From contig NIVC01001003.1 in the NCBI GenBank assembly GCA_002269645.1, positions 342,217-375,709 on the forward strand: a stretch of DNA of 33,493 nt, read 5' to 3'. Positions 10,801 to 22,800 of the stretch are shown here, piece after piece. The stretch comes from Macrostomum lignano. Its lineage: Eukaryota. Position 1 is the first letter of the stretch, and every line of letters begins with the position of its first letter. The position numbers and the translations under genes were made by a program. The notes beneath the pieces were generated by a model, which was given only the letters and a program-made list of their open reading frames with translations, had not been told where the DNA came from and did not search any database.

Positions 10801-13800
10801 CCACCTCAAAATGACCTCATTAGACCCCAAAAGTTGTAGTGACCTCATTTGACCCCAAAAGTTGTAGTGACCTCATTTGACCCCAAAAGTTGTAGTGACC
10901 TCATTTGACTCCAGGAGTGGCAGTGACCTCATTTGACCCCAAGAGTGGTAGTGACCTCATTTGACCCCAGGAGTGGCAGTGACCTCATTTGACCCCAGGA
11001 GTCATAGGCTACAATTCCACCTCACAATGACCTCACTTGACCCCACTATCTATTCCAAAGCACCAACCTGGCAGGCATCTGAGCCAGCAGCAGTCCAGCG
11101 CTTTGCCAATCCAATTTGTCAACTTCGTCCTCATCAGCATCCTCAGACTCTTCGCCACCACCTTCGTCGTCTTCCTCGCCGTCGCCGCCATCGTCGGCAT
11201 CAAGAAACGCGTCCTGCTCAGCCTCCAATCGGGCCCTCTTCGCTGCAGCGCCACCGTCATTCTGCCTATTGGAATGCGGCTTGGACTTCGACGACAGAAT
11301 GAAGCCAGAGGACAACCCGGCAGTTCTTGGCGGCATCACCGGAGCCGGCAGGTCAACCGGGCACAGCAGCAGCTGCAAGGCGCAGCAGTTCACCGCATGG
11401 GAGCAGCTTGAAGGCCACTCGTGACCGAACCAGTCCAGCTGAGGGAAGCCCCGCCGGCCGTGGCTGCTCAGGGCGAGCGACAGGCGGTTCAGCGCCGCCT
11501 CAGGCGGGCCGATGCAGCTGAGCCAATCGGAGGAGCTGGCCTGAGCAGCTGGGGCCGGCGGGCTGGGAGAAGCCAGCAGGGATTTGAAGAACGGCAGGCA
11601 GTCAGACGGCAGGTAGGCCCCATCAGCGGCAGCCTCCATTCGAGGCGCTAAAAGTGCAGCGGCCAAGTAGAGCCGGAGAGGCGCTGGCGGGTCGTAAACA
11701 GACAGCAGGCTGATCAGACAGGTGCCAGGCGCTGGCATATGGCGCAGGAATGGCGCCAGAGTGGCGCTCAACAAGGCGCAAGAGTCTGGCGGCTGCAGTT
11801 GAACCAGCCTAGCAAGCGCCGTGTCCATCAGCAGGGCAACGCGGATGGCGGCATGGGAGTACAGACTGGCTGAGCTACTGCTGCCGCCTGGGGTGTCGTC
11901 ATAGACTTGGCGCAGCTGTGACACCAGCGCTGACAGGCTGCCGTTGGCGCCACCGCTTGGCGGGAAGCTGCGGGCGGTTGGGAGCAGAAGGGGGGTTGAG
12001 CGGGTTGCAATCTGTCATCAAGTCAGCCTGAGTCTTTGATTTATGATAAGGTTACATGTTATTAGGCTAGGCTAATGACCTTATAGACTGCCAGGGTCAA
12101 ATTGGCGTCATATTAGCATGCAATCATTATCAGCTTAGAGATCTAATCAACTAGATATGTTTAGGGTCATAAGGGTTGATTAGGGTCACGAGATATCAGA
12201 TTAGGGTCACGAGATATCAGATTACGGTCATGAGAAATCAGATTAGGGTCATGAGGTATCATTTAGGGTCATGAGGTATCATTTAGGTTCATGAGGTATT
12301 ATTTAGGGTCATGAGGTATTATTTAGGGTCATGAGGTATCATTTAGGGTCATGAGGTATCATTTAGGGTCATGAGGCATCATTAGGGTCATTAGGTATCA
12401 TTTAGGTTCATGAGGTATCATTTAGGTTCATGAGGTATCATTTAGGTTCATGAGGTATTATTTAGGGTCATGAGGTATCATTTAGGTTCATGAGGTACTT
12501 TTTAAGGTCATGAGGTATCATTTAGGGTCATGAGGTATCATTTAGGGTCATGAGGCATCATTTAGGGTCATTAGGTATCATTTAGGTTCATGAGGTATCA
12601 TTTAGGTTCATGAGGTATCATTTAGGTTCATGAGGTATTATTTAGGGTCATGAGGTATCATTTAGGTTCATGAGGTACTTTTTAGGGTCATGAGGTATCA
12701 TTTAGAGTCATGAAGCATCATTAAGGGTCATGAGGCATCATTTAGGGTCATGAGGCATTACTTAGGGTCATGAGGTATCATTTAGGTTCATGAGGTATTA
12801 TTTAGGTTCATGAGGTATTATTTAGGGTCATGAGATATCATTTAGGTTCATGAGGTATCATTTAGGTTCATGAGGTATTATTTAGGTTCATGAGGTATTA
12901 TTTAGGTTCATGAGGTATCATTTAGGTCATGAGGTATCATTTAGGTTCATGAGGTATTATTTAGGGTCATGAGGTATCATTTGTTAAAGATGTTATAAGT
13001 AATCGTTTATCTTAAAATAGTCAACTTTATATTTATAGTAAGTGAATCCAAGTTTTCCTTCTAGAATTTTCTATAACAGACTTTTTAGTTATATCTATGG
13101 TTTTCGACTCCCTTACCTGTACCACTAAGTTTTGTTTGAGCTACGCCAGTGCTAAATTCCATGTTAACCCTTTCTTTTGCTATCTTTCTCAAAACTCAAT
13201 AAACGCCGATTCATTATAACTTAACAAGGCTTTCTTAATATCATTTAGGGTCATGAGGCATCATTTAGGGTCATTAGGTACCATTTAGGTTCTTGAGGTA
13301 TCATTTAGGGTCATGAGGTATTATTTAGGGTCATGAGGTATCATTCAAGGTCATGGGGTATCATTTAGGGTCATGAGGTATCATTTAGGGTCATGAGGTA
13401 TCATTTAGGGTCATGGGGTATCATTCAAGGTCATGGAGTATCATTTAGGGTCATGAGGTATCATTTAGGGTCATGAGGTATCATTTAGGCTTTTGAGGTA
13501 TCATTTAGGGTCATGAGATATCATTTAAGGTCATGAGGTATCATTTAAGGTTATGAGGTATTATTTAGGGTCATGAGGTATCATTTAGGGTCACGATGCA
13601 TCATTTATGGTCATGAGGTATCATTCAAGGTCATAAGGTAACATTTAGGGTCACGAGGTATCAGCTTAGCTGGATAAGCATCAGCTTGGTCATGAGCTAT
13701 CTGAGCAAGCTCATGCCAGCAGTAAAGCTACCTGTTGAGCACAGGCACGAGGCCAGCCATGGGGCTGTTAGGAGTGTCAGCCGACAGCAGATGCCGCAGA

Positions 13801-16800
13801 ACTCGAAACGCAGCCAACTCCAGCCGACGCTCAGCAAAAGGCCGCATCAGCAGCACCAGCAGCAGCCGGTGCAACGGGAGCAGCCGGTGGGTGTACACCA
13901 GACTAGTCACGTGATGCAGAGCCGAAACCTCGGCATTGTCGGCCGCGCTAGCGACTTCCCTGGTGAGCAGGTCGCAGAAGATGCGCAGATGCGGCAGGGC
14001 GCCCTTTGGCCCGAGGCTCTCCTGGACTCGGGCGAACAGCTGGGCCGCTGGAAGGTCACCGCCACGCTCCCGCAGGCAGCTGAGCGCCACCCAGTACAGG
14101 CAGCCAGCTGAGGGGTCGCTTAGCTGGGCCTCATCGCACTGGCCCTCCTGCAGGATGCGCTGGCTCAGGCGGGTGGCCAGCTCGGCTGAGCCGGTCAGCT
14201 GATGCGACTGACGCTCAGCTGAGGGCACCGAGATTCTGTCCGGGCTGGCCAACAGGCGCGGCTGCATGGAGATCGGCACCTGGGGTGGGTGGAGAATGAG
14301 GAATGTGAAGGTTCTGGGATTTGAGACTATGGGATATGGGATTTGAAGCTATGTGATATGGGATTTGAGGCTATGGGATATGGGATTTGAAGCTATGTGA
14401 TATGGGATTTGGGGCTATGGGATATGGGATTTGAGGCTATGGGATATGGGATTTGAGGCTATGGGATATGGGATTTGAGGCTATGGGATATGGGATTTGA
14501 AGCTATGTGATATGGGATTTGAGGCTATGGGATATGGGATTTGAAGCTATGTGATATGGGATTTGGGGCTATGGGATATGGGATTTGAGGCTATGGGATA
14601 TGGGATTTGAGGCTATGGGATATGGGATTTGAGGCTATGGGATATGGGATTTGAAGCTATGGGATATGGGATTTGAGGCTATGGGATATGGGATTTGAAG
14701 CTATGGGATAGGGGATTTGAGGCTATGTGATATGGGATTTGAGGCTATGGGATATGGGATTGAGGCTATGGGATATGGGATTTGAAGCTATGGGATATGG
14801 GATTGAGGCTATGGAAAATGGGATTGAGGCTATGGGATATGGGATTTGAGGCTATGGGATATGGGATTAGAGGCTATAGGATATAATATTTAAGGTTATG
14901 GGATATGGGATTAGAGGCTATAGGATATAAGATTTAAGGTTATGGGATATGGGATTTAAAGCTATGTGATATATGATTTTAGGTTATGGGATATGGGATT
15001 TGAGGCATGTGTCCTTGAGCAAGACATCTTAACTCTGCACTGCTTCAGTTCACCCAGCTGTAGAATGGGTGCCATGGGTGCCCTAACCCCCCAGTCCTTA
15101 GACTGAACAGTCGTATGCAGCCTTCAGTTACGCCGCGCAATCGAAGTAATCAATTATACTGTGAATTATTACTGGGATTAAGCACAAAATGATTTACGAG
15201 TACTATTTGTTAGCAAGATATGAATACTTAGAGATGCTATAAAAGTTCATCTTGTACCAGGCATGCAGCCGAGCATTTCTGAAACAGCGGCTGAACAAAG
15301 TCGGATAGCAGCAGGCCGTCAGGATCTGCTTGCTGGTGAATCAGCTGGTGATTGATCTGCAGCAGTAGGTATTTATTCAGCTCCTCCTGGTCGCTGCCGC
15401 AGATCCAAGCCACGTACAGCTTCTTCACGTGGTTGTTGGTGACCTGGGGGGGATTGTACTAATAAGTATAACTGCATTGTACCCATTGCCTACCTGCCTA
15501 CTAATGGTATTTACTAGTCTATCTACTACCCATTATACCCCTAATAGAACTATAATTATCCCTAATCTACCCATGATATCTCTAATCTACCCATGATATC
15601 TCTAATCTACCCATGATATCTCTAATCTATCCATGATATCTCTAATCTACCCATGATATCTCTAATCTACCCATGACATCCCTAATCTACCCATTATATA
15701 CCTAATCTACCCATTATATACCTAATCTACTCATTATATCCCTAATCTACCCACTATATCCCCAATCTACCTATTATATCCCTAAGCTACACACTATATA
15801 CCAAATCTACTCATTATATCCCTAAGCTACCCACTATATACCAAATCTACCCATTATATACCTAATCTACCCATTATATACCTAATCTACCCATTATATA
15901 CCTAATCTACCCATTATATACCTAATCTTCCCATTATATCCCTAATCTACCCATTATATCCCTAATCTACCCTTTATATACCTAATCTACCCATCATATC
16001 CCTAAGCTACCCATTATATCCCTAAGCTACCCATTATATCCCTAAGCTACCCATTATATCCCTAAGCTACCCATTATATACCTAATCTACCCATTATATA
16101 CCAAATCTACCCATTATATACCTAATCTACCCAGCCCACAACCAACCTGCAGAGCGGGAGTGAGCAAGGCTTGAGCCTGCCTATACAAGCACAGCTCAGT
16201 GTCCAGCCCCAGCCGGTTAGCCTTGGCCAGAGTGACCAGGTTCTGCAGCAACAGGTGCCTCTGCATGGGTTCAACGCTGTTCAAGTGATACGTGGCCAGC
16301 TCGAACACAAAGGCCAACACTCTGCTTCCACCAGTGTTGCCAGCCTTAGTGAAGGCCTCCGTGAGTACAGATTTAGGCTGCAAATTCAAATCGTGATGCA
16401 TGAGCACAGTGATCCTGGCGTACGTGTCCAGCACCACGGGACTGTCGGCATGGGTTGACAGCAGGTTGTACAGCAGACTGTTGATAGCCAGCAGTGACAT
16501 TGTGGCTAACTGGCGTAGGCTGGAGTAAGATGGAGCAATGGCGTCTGATTGTTTGAGCGCTTCTACCAGCTTGGAGTTGAGCGGGCTGACCACCTGCGGG
16601 TCATAGGGTCATGGTCTATGATTGTGCGATCATACACTTTTCGGAACTTTGGATGAATGATTTTGGAATCATGCGATATTAACATAGGGTCATGGAATAA
16701 CGGAGATCAGTAAGGGACTTCCAAAAATGCGATTGAGAATGAGAATAGGATCATGTGACCCTGCAGAATATAATTATGGGATCATAAGAGAATGTGATCA

Positions 16801-19800
16801 TAGTCATAGAGAATGGGATCATAGGGTCATAGAGAATGGAATCATATGGTCATAGAGAATGGAATCATAGGGTCACAGAGAATGGAATCATAGGGTCATA
16901 GAGAATGGAATCATAGGGTCATAAAGAATGCGATCATAGGGTCATAGAGAATGGGATCATAGGGTCATAGAGAAGGGGATCATAGGGTCATAGAGAATGG
17001 AATCATAGGGTCATAGAGAATGGAATCATAGGGTCATAAAGAATGGGATCATAGGGTCATAGAGAATGGGATCATAGAGTCATAGAGAATGGGATCATAG
17101 TCATAGAGAATGGGATCATAGTCATAGAGAATGGGATCATAGTCATAGAGAATGGGATCATAGTCATAGAGAATGGGATCACATACATAAATATTTAAAT
17201 CATGGGATCATAGAGAATGGGATCATAGGGTCATAGAAAATGGGATCATAGAGTCATAGAGAACGGGATCAGAGTCACAGAGAACGGGATCAGAGTCATA
17301 GAGAATGGAATCATAGGGTCATAGAGAATGTGATCATAGTCATAGAGAATGGAATCATAGCGTCATAGAGAATGGGATCATAGGGTCATAGAGAATGGAA
17401 TCATAGGGTCATAGGGAAGGGGATCAGAGTCATAGAGAATGGAATTATAGGGTCATAGAGAATGGGATCAAAGTCATAGAGAATGGAATCATAGTCATAG
17501 GGAATATGATCATAGTCACACGCACGTAATGGGATTAGGGGATCAATGGGAAAACATCCCAGCGCTACAAACCTGAGGCTGACCCAGAGGCGCATAAGCA
17601 TTATAAACGTAGGCGAACCAGCGAAACTCTTCGGGATCCAGCGGGACTTGATAGCTGGGAGACTGCGACATCTGCTGGAACTTCTCCATCAGCTCTGACA
17701 TCATTGGCTGCATCGGAGGCGGCAGGGCTCGAGGCAGCCGCTCGTTGGGCGCGCTGGACTTCTGGGTGAGGCTGAACCAAACCAGCAGGGTGGTGTCAAA
17801 GGCTGGCGCCCCGCCTGGAAACAGCGCGTCAAGGATGCGCAGGATGGGAGCAAAATCTACGAGGGGATTTTTGTTTTGAGCGCCCAAGAAGTTGAACAGC
17901 ATCCAAGCGATGTGCGGCGCCGAACGGCTGAGCGAATCTCGTCGATCTTGCAGGCCTGGTTTTGGTTGAAGGGAATTGAATATTAGCGAAATGTTTGCAT
18001 TGCTACTCAGTCAGTAGAGTAGTCCAAGTATGTTGCAATATCTATCTGAGCCAGGTGAGTGTCTCAGTTGACGATATGCGAGATTAGGGAAAAATAGCTG
18101 GCATACTAAGGGATCTGGGAGGCTGACCCAGCAACTGAGGATCTGGGAGGCTGGTACAGCAACTGAGGATCTGGGAGACTGGTACAGCAACTGAGGATCT
18201 GGGAGGCTGACCCAGCAACTGAGGATCTGGGAGGCTGGTACAGCAACTGAGGATCTGGGAGGCTGGCCCAGCAACTGAGGATCTGGGAGGCTGACCCAGC
18301 AACTGAGGATCTGGGAGGCTGACCCAGCAACTGAGGATCTGGGAGGCTGGCCCAGCAACTGAGGATCTGGGAGGCTGACCCAGCAACTGAGGATCTGGGA
18401 GGCTGACCCAGAAACTGAGCTCAATACCTTCCAAAACTCCAAGGCACATCTCGGGAAAGCGCACGAGATGCAGCCGACAAAGATGGATGCTGTACAGTCC
18501 CAGATGACGCCACATCATGTCTGCCCAAGCCATCTCGCTATCGGATTCGCAGGCCTCGGTCTCGTCGGCAGTCCACAGAATGGTGTCAATCAAGCATCGC
18601 TCCAGAAACAGGCACCTGGATATCTTGCTAGCCCTTGGTGCCGTGTGCAGTGACAGAAGACTCAACAACAGGTCCATGCTGCCCTGCTGCGTGAGCACAG
18701 CCCTGATGAGGCTGGTATGCGGTCTCTGCAAGCACCTGGCATAGGGCAGGGGGCCCTTCAAATCCAGGGCGCCAGTCGAGGCCAGCAGATTCACGGGCAC
18801 ATTGGTGACGCTGCTGGGCTGCGGATGCTGCAGAATGGCCGGCGGCATGCAGTAGTTGCCAACACCGGCTATGGGAACGATTTGACGGATCACTGCGGGG
18901 GCGGAGCAGGCGGGTGAGTCATCTGCTACTCTGATCCAGCAGGAATGATTAGCAGCACCTTACCTCTGTGCGAGAACATGTTGGCAACGTTTTTGAAGCT
19001 ATTGCGAAATGTTTCCAGTTTGGTCTTTAAAATCTGAGGGAGGAAAGTTATTGAGGATCTGCTGCTGGACTGATTGTGAATTTATCGATCATTCTGTATA
19101 AAATATAGACACCCGTACGACTCTACTACGACTAGGACTACTACTACAACTTTTCTACTATTAGTCTACTACTGAAATACAGTGCCCAGTTGCCTGTGAA
19201 CAGGGTCTGAGCAGACAGTAGTCTGTAAACAGGGTCTGAGCAGACAGCAGTCTGTAAACAGGGTCTGAGCAGACAGCAGTCTGTAAACAGGGTCTGAGCA
19301 GACAGCAGTCTGTAAACAGGGTCTGAGCAGACAGCAGTCTGTAAACAGGGTCTGAGCAGACAGCAGTCTGTGAACAGGGTCTGAGCAGACAGCAGTCTGT
19401 GAACAGGGTCTGAGCAGACAGCAGTCTGTGAACAGGGTCTGAGCAGACAGCAGTCAGTGAACAGACGCCGCCAACTGCGACTCGTGACTTGTCTGGCTAC
19501 ATTAAAACAGTCTACCAGTACGACTCTACTAAGACTACGACTACTACGTCTGTGACCAGATGCCATGAACTGCTACTTGTGGCCGGTCTGGCCTACTCAA
19601 ACTAATTTAATCTCGTATGTGCATCAAATTATTTACACTTCGTTAATTAGTCAGAGTTCTCAGTGCTCTATAACAATTATTTATTTTTCTAAATAACTTA
19701 TTTGTAGTATTTTTCAAGCTGGTTAGTCACATTTCTAAGCTGTAATGCCTTAACCAGTCAGAGTGCTTTAATTCCCTCTTTGTATTAGCTATATGTACGT

Positions 19801-22800
19801 GCATTTTTACACAACACTGCTCAGTGCACCCAGCCAAAGCTGGTACATAAATAATAATGTTATGAGGAAATAACTTCACTACCAAAATAATTGCTACTTT
19901 ATATACCCTCAAAATAAACCCTGACGAAGGCCATGATTTGGCCGAAATATCGGTTATTTCAAAGTTTGACACCTGAAAACTTCAATCTTCCGTGTGCGTG
20001 GTTGCGGTTTCAGACTGTCTTATACTCGTAGATATCTCTATTTATCTATTTATCGATCTTTCGATCTATATATCCATCTATCTTTCTATCTATCTATGGA
20101 TCAAATATACTTCATTAACTACTAAACGGCAGTGCCCAGTTGTCTGTGTCCAGGGACTGAGCAGACGGTGATCTGTGTCCAGACGCCGCCCACTGATACT
20201 TGTGGCTTGCCAGGATAAACAATTAAATTACTGCATATGCATCAGTATGTAATTATTTACCCTTCTTTAACCAGTTTAAGTAAGGTCGTAGTGCTCTGTA
20301 ACAATTTAATTTACTTTAAAAACATTAGACACCAGTGAATGCGGCGGAAAGATCCTCCCAACGCTGCGCATTGAGGGACAGGAATTAACCTACGACCCGA
20401 CACCCACGTTCCTTGGCCTTCGCCTAGACGACCAACTGACTTTCGCCAACCATATAGAGGCAGTGCGCAAAAGATGGCCACCAGGCGGCGTTGTCTGCAA
20501 AGTCTCGTTGGCAAATCCCAGGAAAATACTTCATCTTATTAAAGAGGAACCAATTTTTTGAAAGAATCCGGTGATGAAGAAGTCTTGCCTACAGAGTTTT
20601 TGGTGGTGGCTGACTCAGCCCCTAATGCTGCTGCTTCTGGGCTTCCAGGCGGCCCTGCTTCTGCTGATTCTGGGCTTTCCGGCACTCCCGCTGCTGCTGC
20701 TGCCGAGGGCGCCCCTGCTGGTGTTGCTATTACTGTAAACTCCAGGGGTCCACGTGGAGTCCGTGGCCAAAAATGGCTGATTTGGAGTCCGCCCTCAATA
20801 AGCTAGAGCGCAATCCTCGGTTTGGAACGGACCTTATGTTAAAGGCGAATTTCGTCAACAAGTTTTTAACTTACATCATCAATGACGTCTTTAACAATTA
20901 TAAAAGCCGGCAAGATCCGTATCTTTATGGAAAAGAGCTAAATGACATAACCATCTCCATCGTTTCTATGTACCCAGGAATGCGAGACGGGTCGAGCGAT
21001 GGACTATTTTTTGGTGGCAGAAAATTCACCGAAGATTCGCTGCTAATTCCAGCAACTCCGGCATTTCCGCGTCGTGCATGGCGGAAAATGATGAGGATAG
21101 TGACGAAGAAAACGTAGTTTCATTTGCAAGTAAGCGCCGAAAAATTGCTACCATCGTAGATGCGTCCGATGATGACGAAAACGTAGTACAAGCAAAGCGC
21201 CTGCAAGTCAACTGTGAGGATGCTGAGAGTACGACTACATCGACAAGCAAGCTTGTCAAAAGCGTCATTTTTGGAGATGTGGAATGCGTTCCTGAAAGTC
21301 ACGAAGTTGACCGAATTAGGTTGAACAAAAATTTCCACACAATGGAAATCGAAGAGGTATTAAGCAATATGAAAAGTCTATTTAGTGTGCGAGTCGTGCG
21401 TTGCCAAGAGAGAACTGTTGAAGAGGAGGCTGAATTGTATAAGCCATTATCACTACCACGTGTTCAGTTGCAAGAGGCATTTCTTATGATTCAGTTGTAT
21501 AACTCTAGACGCAAGGCTGACTATGTGTTTCCTCGAACACCTGAGGATATTGAACAAAATGTATGCGGTGCACTCCGGCATGTGTGGCAAGAACGAGATG
21601 CAATGAAGCGGTACTTGTACTGCTAGCCGTTTCTGAACGCTGAATGTGATAACGACGACACCATTCTAATAAACGGCCTTTGCCTGCACCTTGATCGATT
21701 AAGGATTGACCCTGCGAAACTTTTTTGATACTGAGCTGCCAATTGAAATTCTGAAGGAAGGCGAAAGTAATTGCAATCTGTTCCGTATCGTTTACCTGCA
21801 GCATGTGCCCTATCTGGAAGCCTCCCTCGAGACGTATTAGAAGTATTGTGAAAACTCCCTCGACGTGATGCTGTGTCCTGCGCACCTTCCCAGTCGCTGA
21901 TTGCTATACTTCGTTAATAAAACTTTAACTTAGCATTCGACATTTTATTCGTATAATGAAAGTCTATGTTCCCCCTTAAACACCACCTAAGCTTAAGGTT
22001 TATTAATGTCTCCACTAATAAAAAACCCTTTAAACTTACCTTAATAAGTTTAACCCAATTACCGGCTACCTTAATAAACAAATGACAATTTTTCTTAATA
22101 CAGAATTGATACTGCATAGCTATTTTTATACTGTTTATTCTTATATTAAGCTGAAGCTTGTAAATGGTATTGTCTGCAGCACTGGATCACTCATTTATAT
22201 ATAAAATCATGTATGACATTATAAAATATAAACAATATTTTTATAAAGTAATGTTTTTTTATAATGTTTGCATCTAATTTTCGTGTAGTTCCATGTAATT
22301 TTTGCATACTTTTTGACGTTGACGTAATAATTGAAATACTTTCATGCGTGTGTATGTATGTTGTATTAGTATTTCACGTTGCGAAAAAATAATAAAACAC
22401 CAAGTAATGAGTGTATGTCAATATACACTGCATGTGATAATTATAATACGATAGGGAGCATTTATCTGGCAGACAGATATTAGTGTTGTAATTCATGGTT
22501 ACAAATTCAAGACTTGCATATCGTATAATTTTCTTCTTGTCAGTGATTTTTTTCGTATTATAATACAAAAATGATGGGTGTTCTCGATTGTGTACATTAA
22601 CTTTTTATTAAAAAGAATTTGCATCAGTTGATCTAACTTCTAAGCGTGCGAAAGCCAATAAATCTGAATTTAGCTAGTCAACCTTGCAAACGAAACTACG
22701 CTCGTACATGCGGACCCTTCTTGCATTCGACCTTTAGGGTCCGTATATAGCGACGCCGCGGACCCTAACATACGGACCCCTGCCGGACCTTTTTTCGAAC

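Larger units (their letters stand above)
6100..11045. repeat. Intronic array with core ATGACCTCATTTGACCCC (~50-bp and 28-bp units), split by the Gypsy insertion into 6100-6405 and 10694-11045
   Basis: The same unit occurs on both sides of the element. Confidence 0.88.
19180..20323 (+). mobile_element. Hammerhead-bearing repeat module (Penelope pseudo-LTR / retrozyme-like): copy 1 plus a truncated copy 2
   Basis: Anchors shared with 24580-25260: CA(G/C)TGCCCAGTTG (19180, 20130, 24771), AGTGCTCT(A/G)TAACAATT (19662, 20290, 24878), TTTTACACAACACTG...GTGCACCCAG.CAAAGCTGGT (~19806, ~25056), TATC microsatellite after the HHR. Confidence 0.65.

Noticed and set aside
10961-11651. Plus-strand ORFs overlapping exon 11, and similar ones at 13686-14202, 16171-16458, 18468-18917, 26651-26890
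   Set aside because: Antisense shadows of GC-rich MED23 exons.
11968-12011. Apparent frameshift at the G6 run (11990-11995) in MED23 exon 11
   Set aside because: A better acceptor (pyrimidine tract + CGCAG, exon start 11967) keeps the frame; the G6 run is intronic.
12170-13670. Telomeric TTAGGG within array units
   Set aside because: Single hexamers embedded in 20-bp units, not tandem telomeric tracts.
18025-18100. Extra MED23 exon in unique intron-6 sequence (end of ORFs 18011..18442 and 18084..18893)
   Set aside because: Exons 6 and 7 already join in phase and align with the reference without a gap.
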